Source: a virus (taxonomy: Duplodnaviria > Heunggongvirae > Uroviricota > Caudoviricetes). From it: a stretch of 30,664 nucleotides of DNA. This document shows positions 7,543 to 16,766 of the stretch, one piece after another. Location of the stretch: the IMG/VR virus record IMGVR_UViG_2802429251_000007, positions 1-30,664 of that record. One strand, 5' to 3'. The translations under genes were made by a program, and so were the position numbers. The notes under the pieces were generated by a model that saw only the letters and a program-made list of their open reading frames with translations, made no database searches and was not told where the DNA came from. Every line of letters begins with the position of its first letter. Position 1 is the stretch's first letter.

Positions 7543-7697
7543 AACAATATCCTCATATTGTGGGGAAAAGTCCCAATGAAATTATTGATATATTTCGGCG
7601 TTATAACTTTGTCGATGATCATGGTCATCGTCTTGAAATGTGCCAGGACTTCATTGACTTAGTTAATGCGAAATCACAACAACATCAGGATGGTTAG
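7518..7697 (+). CDS. Hypothetical 59-aa protein (MMKHNYESKQYPHIVGKSPNEIIDIFRRYNFVDDHGHRLEMCQDF...). Its 5' end overlaps the divergent KTSC gene start.
   Basis: GGAG Shine-Dalgarno 5 nt before ATG 7518. No family recognised. Confidence 0.4.
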   Translation: MMKHNYESKQYPHIVGKSPNEIIDIFRRYNFVDDHGHRLEMCQDFIDLVNAKSQQHQDG

Positions 7698-7754
7698 GCA
7701 TTACAGCAGCTCTTCTGTGAGGGGCTGCGATAATGTCACTAAGAGGAAAAATTC

Positions 7755-8504
7755 ATGGCAAAACCGGACTGGGAGGCCATCGAATCGGCATACCGGGCCG
7801 GAGTCCTTAGCCTCCGTGATATAGGCGAGAAATACGGCGTAACAGAAGGGGCTATCAGGAAGAGGGCTAAAAAGCTTGGTTGGGTACGCAGTGGCGGTAC
7901 GCAGGTTTGCAAAAATGGTACGCAAAAAAGAAAAGTGCGTACCAGCAGAAAGCCTGCCATTACTGACCTTACACAAAAAGGTACGCAACCAAAAACAGAA
8001 CCTACACCGGATACGAAACCGATACGCGGAATGCGTACCGATCCCCCGACTAACCCATTCCAACCCGGTAACCAGCAGGCATTAAAACACGGTGGTTATG
8101 CCCGTCGCCTTCTGCTCAAAGATGAGGTGATAGAGGATGCTAAAGCGTTGACGCTCGAGGACGAATTATTTCGCCTTCGTGCTAACAACCTTGTCGCTGC
8201 AGAGAATATTGGTCGGTGGTTGGTGTCGCTGGAAGATGCTAATGGGGACCAGGAAAGGAAGATGCTGATGGAAAATATCAGCGCCGCCGAGAAAGCAATG
8301 ATGCGCAATACAGTTCGTATTGAGTCCATCGTTGGCACGCTTGCGACGGTAGGAAAAATATTTGCTGATACAGCCTACCGCAAGGCCGCCACTGATAAGG
8401 TGTCTCTGGAGGCTGATCGTCTTCGCCGTGATGCAGGTATTGATGATGGCAATGGAGAGCGTGACCTCAATGACTTCTACTCTGACATCCAAACCGACGC
8501 TTAA
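7755..8504 (+). CDS. terS: Terminase small subunit with an N-terminal HTH.
   Basis: MAKPDWEAIESAYRAGVLSLRDIGEKYGVTEGAIRKRAKKLGW... Sits directly upstream of the large terminase. AGAGGA Shine-Dalgarno. Confidence 0.65.
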   Translation: MAKPDWEAIESAYRAGVLSLRDIGEKYGVTEGAIRKRAKKLGWVRSGGTQVCKNGTQKRKVRTSRKPAITDLTQKGTQPKTEPTPDTKPIRGMRTDPPTNPFQPGNQQALKHGGYARRLLLKDEVIEDAKALTLEDELFRLRANNLVAAENIGRWLVSLEDANGDQERKMLMENISAAEKAMMRNTVRIESIVGTLATVGKIFADTAYRKAATDKVSLEADRLRRDAGIDDGNGERDLNDFYSDIQTDA

Positions 8505-9873
8505 TCCGGCTTTACGTAGTTTCTGGACTACGCGGGCACGTAACAAAGTGCTTTATGGTGGCCGGTCATCGTCAAAATCATGGGATGCCGCTGGCATTGC
8601 CATATTTCTGTCGAATAAATACACCCTGCGTTTTTGTTGTGCCCGTCAGATCCAGAATAAAATCGAAGAGTCGGTGTATACCCTGCTCAAAATTCAGATA
8701 GACAGGTTTGGCCTGCGGCACCGTTTCCGGATTCTGAACAACAAAATCATTAACCGGGTTACTGGCTCGGAATTTGTTTTTTATGGATTATGGCGCAACA
8801 TCGAAGAAATTAAGTCACTGGAGGGGATCGACGTGTTGTGGCTGGAAGAAGCCCACGCACTGACTGAATACCAGTGGAAAATTCTGGAGCCAACGATCCG
8901 TAAAGAGGGTTCGGAATGCTGGTTCATATTCAACCCCGGACTTGTTACTGATTTCGTCTGGCGTAACTTCGTTGTTGATCCGCCTGAAGGCACTCTCATC
9001 CGCAAAATTAACTATGACGAAAATCCGTTTCTGTCTGACACCATGCTTAAGGTTATCGACGCGGCGCGACGCCGTGATCCGGATGGTTTTAAACATGTGT
9101 ATGAGGGCGTTCCGGAGTCTGATGATGATGCGGCAATCATCAAACTGTCCTGGATAGAAGCCGCAGTGGATGCGCACAAAACGTTAAATTTCGAACCCAG
9201 TGGAAGAAAGCGTATTGGCTTTGACGTGGCTGACAGTGGTACAGATAAGTGCGCTAACGTTTACCGTCACGGATCCGTTGTTTTCTGGGCCGACGAATGG
9301 AAGGCCAAAGAAGATGAATTACTGAAGAGCTGCCAGCGTACTTATCAGGCGGCGCTGGAGCGTGAAGCAGATATTGTTTACGACTCTATCGGTGTTGGTG
9401 CTTCTGCCGGTGCTAAATTCTCTGAAATTAACGCTGACCGGAAGAGCGAGAATGCATACGCGCGACGTGTGAATTACCAGAGGTTTAACGCCGGCGCTGG
9501 TGTGCATGAACCAGATGACGAATACAACGGCATCCCCAACAAAGACTTTTTCGCAAATCTTAAGGCTCAGGCATGGTGGCTGGTGGCTGACCGTTTCAGA
9601 AATACGTTTAACGCCATTAACAACGGAGAACAGTATCCTGTGGATGAGCTGATCAGCATAGATTCTCGTTGTCCGTTGCTTGAAAAGCTGAAACTGGAAC
9701 TGACAACACCTCATCGTGATTTCGACCGTAACGGACGTGTGATGGTCGAAAGTAAAAAAGACCTCGCAAAACGCGAGATACCGTCACCAAACGTTGCTGA
9801 CGCATTCATTATGGCCTTCGCGCCAATTGATACATCGCTGGATATCTGGGAACAGCTGGGGAGACAGGCCTGA
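8470..9873 (+). CDS. terL: Terminase large subunit (Terminase_3/PBSX-type). ATPase Walker A YGGRSSSKS. Start ambiguous between 8452 and 8470.
   Basis: Walker A motif and C-terminal nuclease-like region. Overlaps the terS end. Confidence 0.8.
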   Translation: MTSTLTSKPTLNPALRSFWTTRARNKVLYGGRSSSKSWDAAGIAIFLSNKYTLRFCCARQIQNKIEESVYTLLKIQIDRFGLRHRFRILNNKIINRVTGSEFVFYGLWRNIEEIKSLEGIDVLWLEEAHALTEYQWKILEPTIRKEGSECWFIFNPGLVTDFVWRNFVVDPPEGTLIRKINYDENPFLSDTMLKVIDAARRRDPDGFKHVYEGVPESDDDAAIIKLSWIEAAVDAHKTLNFEPSGRKRIGFDVADSGTDKCANVYRHGSVVFWADEWKAKEDELLKSCQRTYQAALEREADIVYDSIGVGASAGAKFSEINADRKSENAYARRVNYQRFNAGAGVHEPDDEYNGIPNKDFFANLKAQAWWLVADRFRNTFNAINNGEQYPVDELISIDSRCPLLEKLKLELTTPHRDFDRNGRVMVESKKDLAKREIPSPNVADAFIMAFAPIDTSLDIWEQLGRQA

Positions 9874-11342
9874 TGGCACGAAACAAACAAGCCCTGCGGC
9901 GAACTGCGCAGGCCACAGCTGATGGTTATGAGAATTTTATTGCCCGCGTAGGGATGCAGACACCTAACCAGCACTCAGCATCCACCTACCGGGCTAATTT
10001 TACCAGTCGTAACCGCATGCTGGTGGAATGGTCCTATCGTTCATCCTGGATCATCGGCGAAGCAGTCGATGCTATCCCGGATGATATGACCCGCAAAGGC
10101 ATTCGCATCACTTCGGAAATTGATGCAAAAGATCGCGGCATTCTCGAATCACAACTTGATGAGTTGCAAATCTGGGATGCGCTGAATGACGTGCTGAAAT
10201 GGTCTCGTCTCTATGGCGGTGCGGTTGGCTTCATCATGATCGAGGGGCAGGCACCAATGACCCCGCTGCGGCTCGAAACCATTGGAGAAGGCAAGTTTAA
10301 GGGCATTCTCCCGCTCGACCGCTGGATGATTAACCCGGTGCTGACCCGCCGCATTAAAGAGATGGGGCCGGATCTCGGCAAACCTGAGTTTTACGATGTG
10401 GTGACCACTGCAACGGGCATCCCGGCCTGGCGCATCCATCACAGCCGCCTGATTCGCTTCGATGGCGTCACGCTGCCATTCCAGCAGAAGATGACCGAGA
10501 ACGAATGGGGAATGTCGGTTGTAGAGCGAATCTGGGATCGGCTTACTGCGTTCGACAGCGCCACTGTCGGCGCGGCTCAGCTGGTCTACAAAGCGCATCT
10601 GCGCACCTACAGCGTGGAGAAGCTGCGCGAGATTATCGCGCTTGGTGGCCCAGCTTTCGAAGCGTTGCTGAAGAACATCGACCTGATCCGCCAGTTCCAG
10701 AGCAATGAAGGCATGACGCTCATGGACTCGCGGGATAAGTTTGAAACGCATCAGTACAGCTTCAGTGGTCTGGATGACATCCTATCGCAGTTTGCAGAAC
10801 AGATTAGTGGCGCTGTTGGTATTCCACTGGTGCGGTTGTTCGGACAGTCCCCGAAAGGATTTTCTACCGGTGATGCAGATCTTGCCAACTATTACGACCG
10901 GGTGAGCTCATTGCAGGAGCGCCGCTTACGGATGCCGATGCGCCGGATACTGGACATTATGCACCGCTCGGAACTCGGTAAGCCGCTGCCGGACGATTTC
11001 ACGTTTGAGTTTAACCCGCTCTGGCAAATGTCTGATGTCGATCGCTCAACGGTGGCGTTAAACACTACCAACGCAATCAGTACGGCGCTGGGTGATGGTC
11101 TGATGACACTGAAAGCCGCTATGACCGATTTGCGCGAAAATTCTGACGTAACCGGCATCGGGGCATCCATTACCGACGAGGACATAGAGAATGCCGAAGA
11201 CGAAGCGCCGCCAGGCATCGGCGAACTTGGCGACAAACCGCCAGAGTCGCCAGGCGGAGATCCGATATCGAACGAGCCTACGGCAGATAGCGCGGGCGGT
11301 CGGGGATATCGTAAATGGGCGCTACGATGGTTCAAACGATAG
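9873..11342 (+). CDS. Portal protein, DUF1073-type.
   Basis: Size and position after terL. Sequence resembles DUF1073 portal proteins. ATGA overlap with the terL stop. Confidence 0.7.
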   Translation: MARNKQALRRTAQATADGYENFIARVGMQTPNQHSASTYRANFTSRNRMLVEWSYRSSWIIGEAVDAIPDDMTRKGIRITSEIDAKDRGILESQLDELQIWDALNDVLKWSRLYGGAVGFIMIEGQAPMTPLRLETIGEGKFKGILPLDRWMINPVLTRRIKEMGPDLGKPEFYDVVTTATGIPAWRIHHSRLIRFDGVTLPFQQKMTENEWGMSVVERIWDRLTAFDSATVGAAQLVYKAHLRTYSVEKLREIIALGGPAFEALLKNIDLIRQFQSNEGMTLMDSRDKFETHQYSFSGLDDILSQFAEQISGAVGIPLVRLFGQSPKGFSTGDADLANYYDRVSSLQERRLRMPMRRILDIMHRSELGKPLPDDFTFEFNPLWQMSDVDRSTVALNTTNAISTALGDGLMTLKAAMTDLRENSDVTGIGASITDEDIENAEDEAPPGIGELGDKPPESPGGDPISNEPTADSAGGRGYRKWALRWFKR

Positions 11343-11964
11343 CGTAACCGAAATAATGGATGCGCTGGAGCGCTACAGCGAAATCATCACCCCCTGGGCG
11401 ACGAAGGTAGCTGAGAACTTTACCGCAGACATAGCGCGCCAGAATGAAAAGCAGTGGCGTCAACACAGCCGGAACATCAGCGCAGAGCTGCGCAACATGG
11501 TCGACCGCGCCCCGGTAGGCCAGGTGATGAAATCCATCGTCGCCGAGCAAATTAAGTACATCAAGTCACTGCCTCTTGAGGCCGCCGATCGGGTGTATGA
11601 CATTCAGAACAAGGCCATCGAGGCCGTTGTGTCTGGTGGCCGCGCTGAGCCATTCGCGAAAGAGATAGCTGCGTCCGGTGACGTGTCACGCTCACGAGCG
11701 AACCTTATCGCCCGTACTGAACTTGGACGTGCAACCGGCGCGCTGGATCAGGCGCGTGCGCTGTCAATCGGCTCGAATGGTTATATCTGGCGTACAGCCG
11801 AAGATGGCGACGTCCGGCATTCTCATCGGGAGATGGAAGGTAAGTTTGTCGAATGGGGCAAACCTCCAACGCTTGATGGCATGACCGGTCACGCTGGCGA
11901 GCTCCCGAATTGTCGCTGTTATAAAGAAATCGTTTTTCCCACCTCCCATTCTTATCCCGCCTGA
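11191..11964 (+). CDS. Head morphogenesis protein, Phage_Mu_F / SPP1 gp7 family.
   Basis: C-terminal GELPNCRCY motif and overall similarity to MuF-like proteins. Its annotated start overlaps the portal gene by about 150 nt in another frame. Confidence 0.65.
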   Translation: MPKTKRRQASANLATNRQSRQAEIRYRTSLRQIARAVGDIVNGRYDGSNDSVTEIMDALERYSEIITPWATKVAENFTADIARQNEKQWRQHSRNISAELRNMVDRAPVGQVMKSIVAEQIKYIKSLPLEAADRVYDIQNKAIEAVVSGGRAEPFAKEIAASGDVSRSRANLIARTELGRATGALDQARALSIGSNGYIWRTAEDGDVRHSHREMEGKFVEWGKPPTLDGMTGHAGELPNCRCYKEIVFPTSHSYPA

Positions 11965-11978
11965 ATCGCAGGTAACAC

Positions 11979-13199
11979 ATGAAATATTTTTTCAATACCC
12001 GGCTGGGGGAAACCCGCTATCAGCTGGCTGACGGCTCGTTGCTGTGCAAAGACGTGCCGATAGGACGAACAGGTAAGCAGCTCTATGGTGCTGATGACCT
12101 GCCAAAACTGAAACCCGATAAGTTCGGTGAAATAGTCGTCACGCGTTCTCCTGAGCAGGTATTCCATCCCGCCACGCTTGCCTCATTCGAAGGAATGAGT
12201 ATCACGGTGTTGCATCCCGAGGATGAAAACGGGGATGTGCGGCTGGTAAATCCCGAGAACTGGAAAGAGCTTGCTGTCGGGCATCTTCAGAATGTGCGGC
12301 GCGGGACCGGTGACCAGTCTGATTTGATGCTGGCTGACCTTATCGTCAAAGACGAAAGCGCCATTCAGCTTATCGAAGATGGCCTGCGCGAAGTGTCGTG
12401 TGGCTATGACGCGGAGTACGAGCAGACCGAGCCAGGTAAAGCCGAGCAGGTCGATATTACCGGAAACCATGTGGCTCTTGTCCCCAAAGGCAGAGCCGGA
12501 AATCGTTGTGCAATTGGAGACAGAGACACAATGGCAAATCAAAAGAAAAACTGGTGGAACCGCATGCGTGCAGCCATCAAGACAGGAGATGCCGACACCA
12601 TGAACGAACTGGTGGAGTCGGCTCCCGCATCGGTTACAGGAGATGAGGGGGATTTGCCGCAGGGCGTTAATCTCAACATCAACCTGTCCCCGCAGCAACC
12701 GCTACCGGACAAAGCACCAGAGATGGGCGGAGGTCCAACCGGCGACAGTGATGATGACCTCAAAACATTACTGAAAGCCCTGCTGGCTAAGCTGGAAGGA
12801 AATGCGACGGGCGATAACGACAATAAGCCTGACGATAATCCGACCGGTGACGGCGAGGACGATGAAGAGGAAACCACGATTACTGGTGACTCAGCCTGGC
12901 GTGCCGAAGTTATCGTTCCGGGTATCGATCTGAGCCGTAAGATGAAACCGACCGCGTTCAAACGTGAGGTTCTGGCTTCTGCTGACAAAACGCTGGTTCG
13001 CCAGATAGTCGGTGATGCGGATATCCGCAAATTACCGAAACAATCGGTCAACATGGCGTTTAATGCCGTGTCTGAGATTGCCAAAGGGCGAAACACCCGC
13101 GCCACCACCGGCGATGCACAGCGCCCAAACATGGGCATGACCAGTATCGCTTCCCTGAACAAACAAAACGCTGAATTCTGGGCAAACCGTAAAGGGTAA
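11979..13199 (+). CDS. Scaffold-like protein, DUF2213-type, with an acidic low-complexity linker.
   Basis: Position between the MuF-like and capsid genes. Has a Gly/Asp/Glu-rich linker (TGDSDDDLK...DGEDDEEETT). Confidence 0.55.
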   Translation: MKYFFNTRLGETRYQLADGSLLCKDVPIGRTGKQLYGADDLPKLKPDKFGEIVVTRSPEQVFHPATLASFEGMSITVLHPEDENGDVRLVNPENWKELAVGHLQNVRRGTGDQSDLMLADLIVKDESAIQLIEDGLREVSCGYDAEYEQTEPGKAEQVDITGNHVALVPKGRAGNRCAIGDRDTMANQKKNWWNRMRAAIKTGDADTMNELVESAPASVTGDEGDLPQGVNLNINLSPQQPLPDKAPEMGGGPTGDSDDDLKTLLKALLAKLEGNATGDNDNKPDDNPTGDGEDDEEETTITGDSAWRAEVIVPGIDLSRKMKPTAFKREVLASADKTLVRQIVGDADIRKLPKQSVNMAFNAVSEIAKGRNTRATTGDAQRPNMGMTSIASLNKQNAEFWANRKG

Positions 13200-13202
13200 A
13201 AA

Positions 13203-13709
13203 ATGAATAATGTATTTCTGTACCGGATGCCTGTTGGCATTGCCGGGGCCGTCTCTCGCCCGCAGGACTTAACCGTCGAACCGGTGGTCCTTAAATCCGA
13301 TAACGCCTTCGCTGCCTATGGCCTGGCTGGTAAATACGATGATGACGGTTTTTTCGTGCCGCTGGCAGATGGTGATACCGCAGACAAAGTGAAGGGGATC
13401 TACGTGCGCCCTTATCCGACCACTTCGCAGCCGGACATGGTTCGCCAGGTGGGGACTGGCAAGAACTTCCCGGGCGACGCCATGAAGCGTGGCTACGTGA
13501 CCGTTAATCTCGGTTCTGATTTTGATGCCAGCACCATCAAAAAAGGCGACCCGGTATACGTTGTCGTCTCCACTGATGAATCCATCAAAGTGCCGCTGGG
13601 TGGATTCATGGCCACGTCAGTCAGTGGCAAAAACGTGGTGCTGACCAACGCTGAATTCACAGGTGCCGGTGATGCTGACGGCAATGCAGAAATTTCCTGG
13701 AAGATTTAA
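13203..13709 (+). CDS. Capsid-associated structural protein, possibly a decoration/cement protein. 168 aa.
   Basis: Immediately precedes the major capsid gene. Beta-rich sequence typical of head-decoration proteins. Family not firmly recognised. Confidence 0.45.
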   Translation: MNNVFLYRMPVGIAGAVSRPQDLTVEPVVLKSDNAFAAYGLAGKYDDDGFFVPLADGDTADKVKGIYVRPYPTTSQPDMVRQVGTGKNFPGDAMKRGYVTVNLGSDFDASTIKKGDPVYVVVSTDESIKVPLGGFMATSVSGKNVVLTNAEFTGAGDADGNAEISWKI

Positions 13710-13720
13710 GGAACAGACGA

Positions 13721-14662
13721 ATGATTACTTTTGATCAGGCAACCGTTGACAGCTCTGGTGCCTTTCTCATCGGGGAGCTGGAGCGACTCGACCAGACGCT
13801 GAACCTGCCACTGGTGGGGTACACCTGGACCCGCGATATTCAGTTGCGTGAAGATGTCTCCATTGCAGATGACAGTTCCAGCTGGACGAATACCAGCTTC
13901 GCCGCTGCGGGTACTGGTGCAAATCCGAATGGCAAAAACTGGGTAGGCAAAGACTCAACCGCTATTGCTGGCGTGAACGTGGATATCGGCAAATCCGGTA
14001 ACCCGCTGAACCTGTGGGGGATGGAACTTGGCTGGACGGTCATAGAATTGCAGGCTGCTCAGCAGGTCGGCCGCCCGATTGATACGCAGAAGTATGACGG
14101 TATGCAACTGAAATGGCAGATGGATAACGATGAACAGGTATATGTTGGCGATTCCGCATTAAACCTGAAAGGCCTTGTTACCCTGAACGGTGTTCCTGTC
14201 AACAACGCTGCCAAAACGTGGGCAACCTCAACACCGGACGAAATCCGCGCAAGCATTAACCAGGTGCTGTCTGATGCGTGGGCCGCTTCTGGTTACTCTG
14301 TGGTTCCGCGTGATTTGCTGATCCCACCTGAGCAGTTTGCTCTGTTGTCCAGCATCATCGTTTCATCTGCGGGTAACCAGTCCCTGTTGACGTACCTTCA
14401 GACCAACACCATCAGCTATCACCAGAACGGTGTTCCGCTGAATATCCGCGCGGTTAAATGGCTGAAAGGCCGTGGTGTGGGGAATAAGGATCGCATGGTT
14501 GCGTACACCAACGATAAAAAATACGTCCGCTACCCGCTGGTTCCGCTTCAGAGCGTGCCGGTGCAGTATCGCGGTCTGTATCAGATCGTCACTTACTACG
14601 GCAAGCTGGGTGCAGTCGAGCCAGTGTACAAAGAAACCATTTCGTACGTTGATGGCATTTAA
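13721..14662 (+). CDS. Major capsid protein, DUF2184-like.
   Basis: 313 aa, positioned after the scaffold and decoration genes. AAGGAA Shine-Dalgarno. Followed by a strong mRNA hairpin. Confidence 0.7.
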   Translation: MITFDQATVDSSGAFLIGELERLDQTLNLPLVGYTWTRDIQLREDVSIADDSSSWTNTSFAAAGTGANPNGKNWVGKDSTAIAGVNVDIGKSGNPLNLWGMELGWTVIELQAAQQVGRPIDTQKYDGMQLKWQMDNDEQVYVGDSALNLKGLVTLNGVPVNNAAKTWATSTPDEIRASINQVLSDAWAASGYSVVPRDLLIPPEQFALLSSIIVSSAGNQSLLTYLQTNTISYHQNGVPLNIRAVKWLKGRGVGNKDRMVAYTNDKKYVRYPLVPLQSVPVQYRGLYQIVTYYGKLGAVEPVYKETISYVDGI

Positions 14663-14669
14663 CAGCCAC

Positions 14670-14690
14670 ATGGCCCCCTGGCGGGGCCAT
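14670..14690 (+). other. Stable hairpin ATGGCCCC-CTGGC-GGGGCCAT right after the capsid stop, with no U-tract.
   Basis: Perfect 8-bp inverted repeat read directly. Plausible mRNA 3' stabiliser or partial terminator. Confidence 0.4.
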
Positions 14691-14703
14691 TAAGGATGAC
14701 CAG

Positions 14704-14925
14704 ATGGCAAAAAATAATGCAGTAATACACGTACATACCCCGTTTGTGCTCACGCTTCCCGACGGTTCACGGCGCGAGTTTGTTAAAGGCCGTCATGCAG
14801 TGGAGGAAGACGTTGCCACGCACTGGTTCACTCGTGCGCACGCGGAAGTATCCGTTGGCAAAGACACTGACGCGCGTAACGAGGTAAAAAATGCCAAAGA
14901 ATCAAAGTCTGCCAGCGGTAAGTGA
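14704..14925 (+). CDS. Small phage head-tail protein, 73 aa.
   Basis: ORF with Shine-Dalgarno inside the structural operon. No family recognised. Confidence 0.4.
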   Translation: MAKNNAVIHVHTPFVLTLPDGSRREFVKGRHAVEEDVATHWFTRAHAEVSVGKDTDARNEVKNAKESKSASGK

Positions 14926-15298
14926 TTTTCGCCGCGACTTCCCGCAGTTTGCTGACCCTGCCAAATATCCCGAAGCGCAAATCCAGTTTCGTCTGAATCT
15001 GGCCGATGAACTGCTGAGCGAAAACGTCACCGGAAAAAAGTTGTTTCCGTACTTTGCCGAGTTGTTCGTGGCTCACTACATGACGCTATGGGCGGCAGAT
15101 AGTCGGGCAATGCTGGTTGGCGGCCCGGGCGGTTCAACCAATGGTGTTCAATCCTCAAAGTCTGTTGACAAGGTAAGCGTCAGTTATGACACCAGCGCGA
15201 CGCTGAATCCTGATGCAGGTTTCTGGAATAACACCCGACATGGCGCTGAATTTTATCAGTTGATCACGATGTTCGGTGCAGGTGGTCGCCAGCTATGA
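14891..15298 (+). CDS. Head-tail connector protein, DUF4054-like.
   Basis: GAGGT Shine-Dalgarno. Sequence resembles DUF4054 proteins. Position after the capsid gene. Confidence 0.5.
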   Translation: MPKNQSLPAVSDFRRDFPQFADPAKYPEAQIQFRLNLADELLSENVTGKKLFPYFAELFVAHYMTLWAADSRAMLVGGPGGSTNGVQSSKSVDKVSVSYDTSATLNPDAGFWNNTRHGAEFYQLITMFGAGGRQL

Positions 15299-15849
15299 GC
15301 TTCAAAAGCGGTGTAACAACGAGGGTGGATAACGCTCAGGCCATTCTGGATGCGCTCAGGTCGCTAACCAAAAAGGATGTGCTGGTCGGCATCCCTTCGG
15401 AAGACAGCGGGCGGGATGATGTTCCGTTTGGTAATGCGGGCATCGGTTACCTCAACGAATACGGCTCACCAGAGCAGAATATCCCGCCACGACCTCACCT
15501 GGTCCCCGGCGTTAAATCGGCAGAAGAGCAGACGGTGCCGCAGCTCAAAGCCGCGGCGCAGGCTGCACTTGATGGTAATGCTGCGGGAGCAGAAAGTGCA
15601 CTCAACCGTGCCGGAACGCTGGCCGCTAATGGCGTCAGGCGTTACATGACCATTACCGGCTTTACGCCGCTTGCTGACAGTACTGTTGAAGCCCGGGCTC
15701 GTCGGGGGCGCAAGGGGGCAACACTGGAACTTGCCCGGCGTGCTGCTGGCGAATCTCCGGGAACCGATCTGGCGAAACCATTAATTGACACCGGGCAATA
15801 TCGCAGAGCCATTACCCATGTTGTGAGGGATAAAGATGCCGACTCTTGA
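15295..15849 (+). CDS. Phage structural/morphogenesis protein, 184 aa.
   Basis: ATGA-coupled ORF in the head-tail joining region. Confidence 0.4.
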   Translation: MSFKSGVTTRVDNAQAILDALRSLTKKDVLVGIPSEDSGRDDVPFGNAGIGYLNEYGSPEQNIPPRPHLVPGVKSAEEQTVPQLKAAAQAALDGNAAGAESALNRAGTLAANGVRRYMTITGFTPLADSTVEARARRGRKGATLELARRAAGESPGTDLAKPLIDTGQYRRAITHVVRDKDADS

Positions 15850-16225
15850 TGTAACAGATGTGCTTTTTGACCCCGATTTTTGCGACTTCAATTTGTGGGT
15901 AACACGCCGAGTGCAAACGGTGGATGAGGACGGGATCGGCAGCGACAGTGAAGTTAAAAAGCAGTTTGCCGGAGTCGTAACTGTTGATCGCTCTCTGGAA
16001 AACCGCCGTATGCAGGCAGGGCAGGTAATCAGTGGTGCAATTCTGATTGTGACGACTGAGCGACTGACGCAGGGACAGACTGGCCGTGATTCCGATATCG
16101 TGACGTATCAGGGCCGTGATTACCGTGTGACCTTCGTCGACCCGTATACAGCTTATGGTGCCGGATTCGTTCAGGCGCATTGTGAGTTGCTGCCGTTTGA
16201 TGGGGGAATTCCGGTTGAGCAATAA
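15836..16225 (+). CDS. Phage structural protein, 129 aa. Possible tail completion or adaptor.
   Basis: GAGGGA Shine-Dalgarno. Overlaps its neighbours. Confidence 0.4.
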   Translation: MPTLDVTDVLFDPDFCDFNLWVTRRVQTVDEDGIGSDSEVKKQFAGVVTVDRSLENRRMQAGQVISGAILIVTTERLTQGQTGRDSDIVTYQGRDYRVTFVDPYTAYGAGFVQAHCELLPFDGGIPVEQ

Positions 16226-16763
16226 CACCAGCACAGAGCGCGGATGGCTGATACCAACCAGTGGCGATCCGGATTATGACGAAGCGCTCGACAGGCTGTT
16301 AAGCCAGTGGATGCGTAACGTTTCCGGTCTGTCTGCCGGGATGGTTCGTCCGCGCTGGCAGAAAGAGCAACCGCCACTGCTACCAGCTGAAACGAACTGG
16401 TGTGCGTTTGGGGTTATCGGATGGTCAGGTGATGACAGCCCGGCATTCACCAGACAGACCGATGATGGCTCTCAGCTCTGGCGGCATGAAACGATTGAGT
16501 GTATGGCTTCGTTTTATGGTCCGGCGGGGATGGTGTATGCGTCCCGGTTTCGTGACGGTATATCTGTACCGCAGAACAACGCAGCACTGAATGCGCTGGG
16601 GCTGTCTCTTGGCGATTACACAGGTCTGACTCCCTTCCCTGAACTTATTAATCAGCAATGGGTCCGCCGCTACGATATGACGGTGCGTCTGCGCCGGAAG
16701 GTTGTGCGCGAGTACGGTATTAAATCGCTGGTGGAAGCACCAGTCATCTTTTTCGGAGATTAA
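16200..16763 (+). CDS. Phage structural protein, about 187 aa. Start uncertain: ATG 16200 or TTG 16215.
   Basis: ORF immediately upstream of the sheath gene. Confidence 0.4.
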   Translation: MGEFRLSNNTSTERGWLIPTSGDPDYDEALDRLLSQWMRNVSGLSAGMVRPRWQKEQPPLLPAETNWCAFGVIGWSGDDSPAFTRQTDDGSQLWRHETIECMASFYGPAGMVYASRFRDGISVPQNNAALNALGLSLGDYTGLTPFPELINQQWVRRYDMTVRLRRKVVREYGIKSLVEAPVIFFGD

Positions 16764-16766
16764 GCT

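Noticed and set aside
12539-13240. 233-aa minus-strand ORF, Ser-rich and low-complexity, antisense to the scaffold-like gene
   Set aside because: Lies entirely inside a well-supported plus-strand structural gene, has low-complexity composition and no ribosome-binding site. Typical shadow ORF of a GC-rich coding region. The same applies to 10149-10751, 8166-8546, 8815-9177, 19198-19946 and other antisense ORFs within terS/terL, portal and the tape measure gene.
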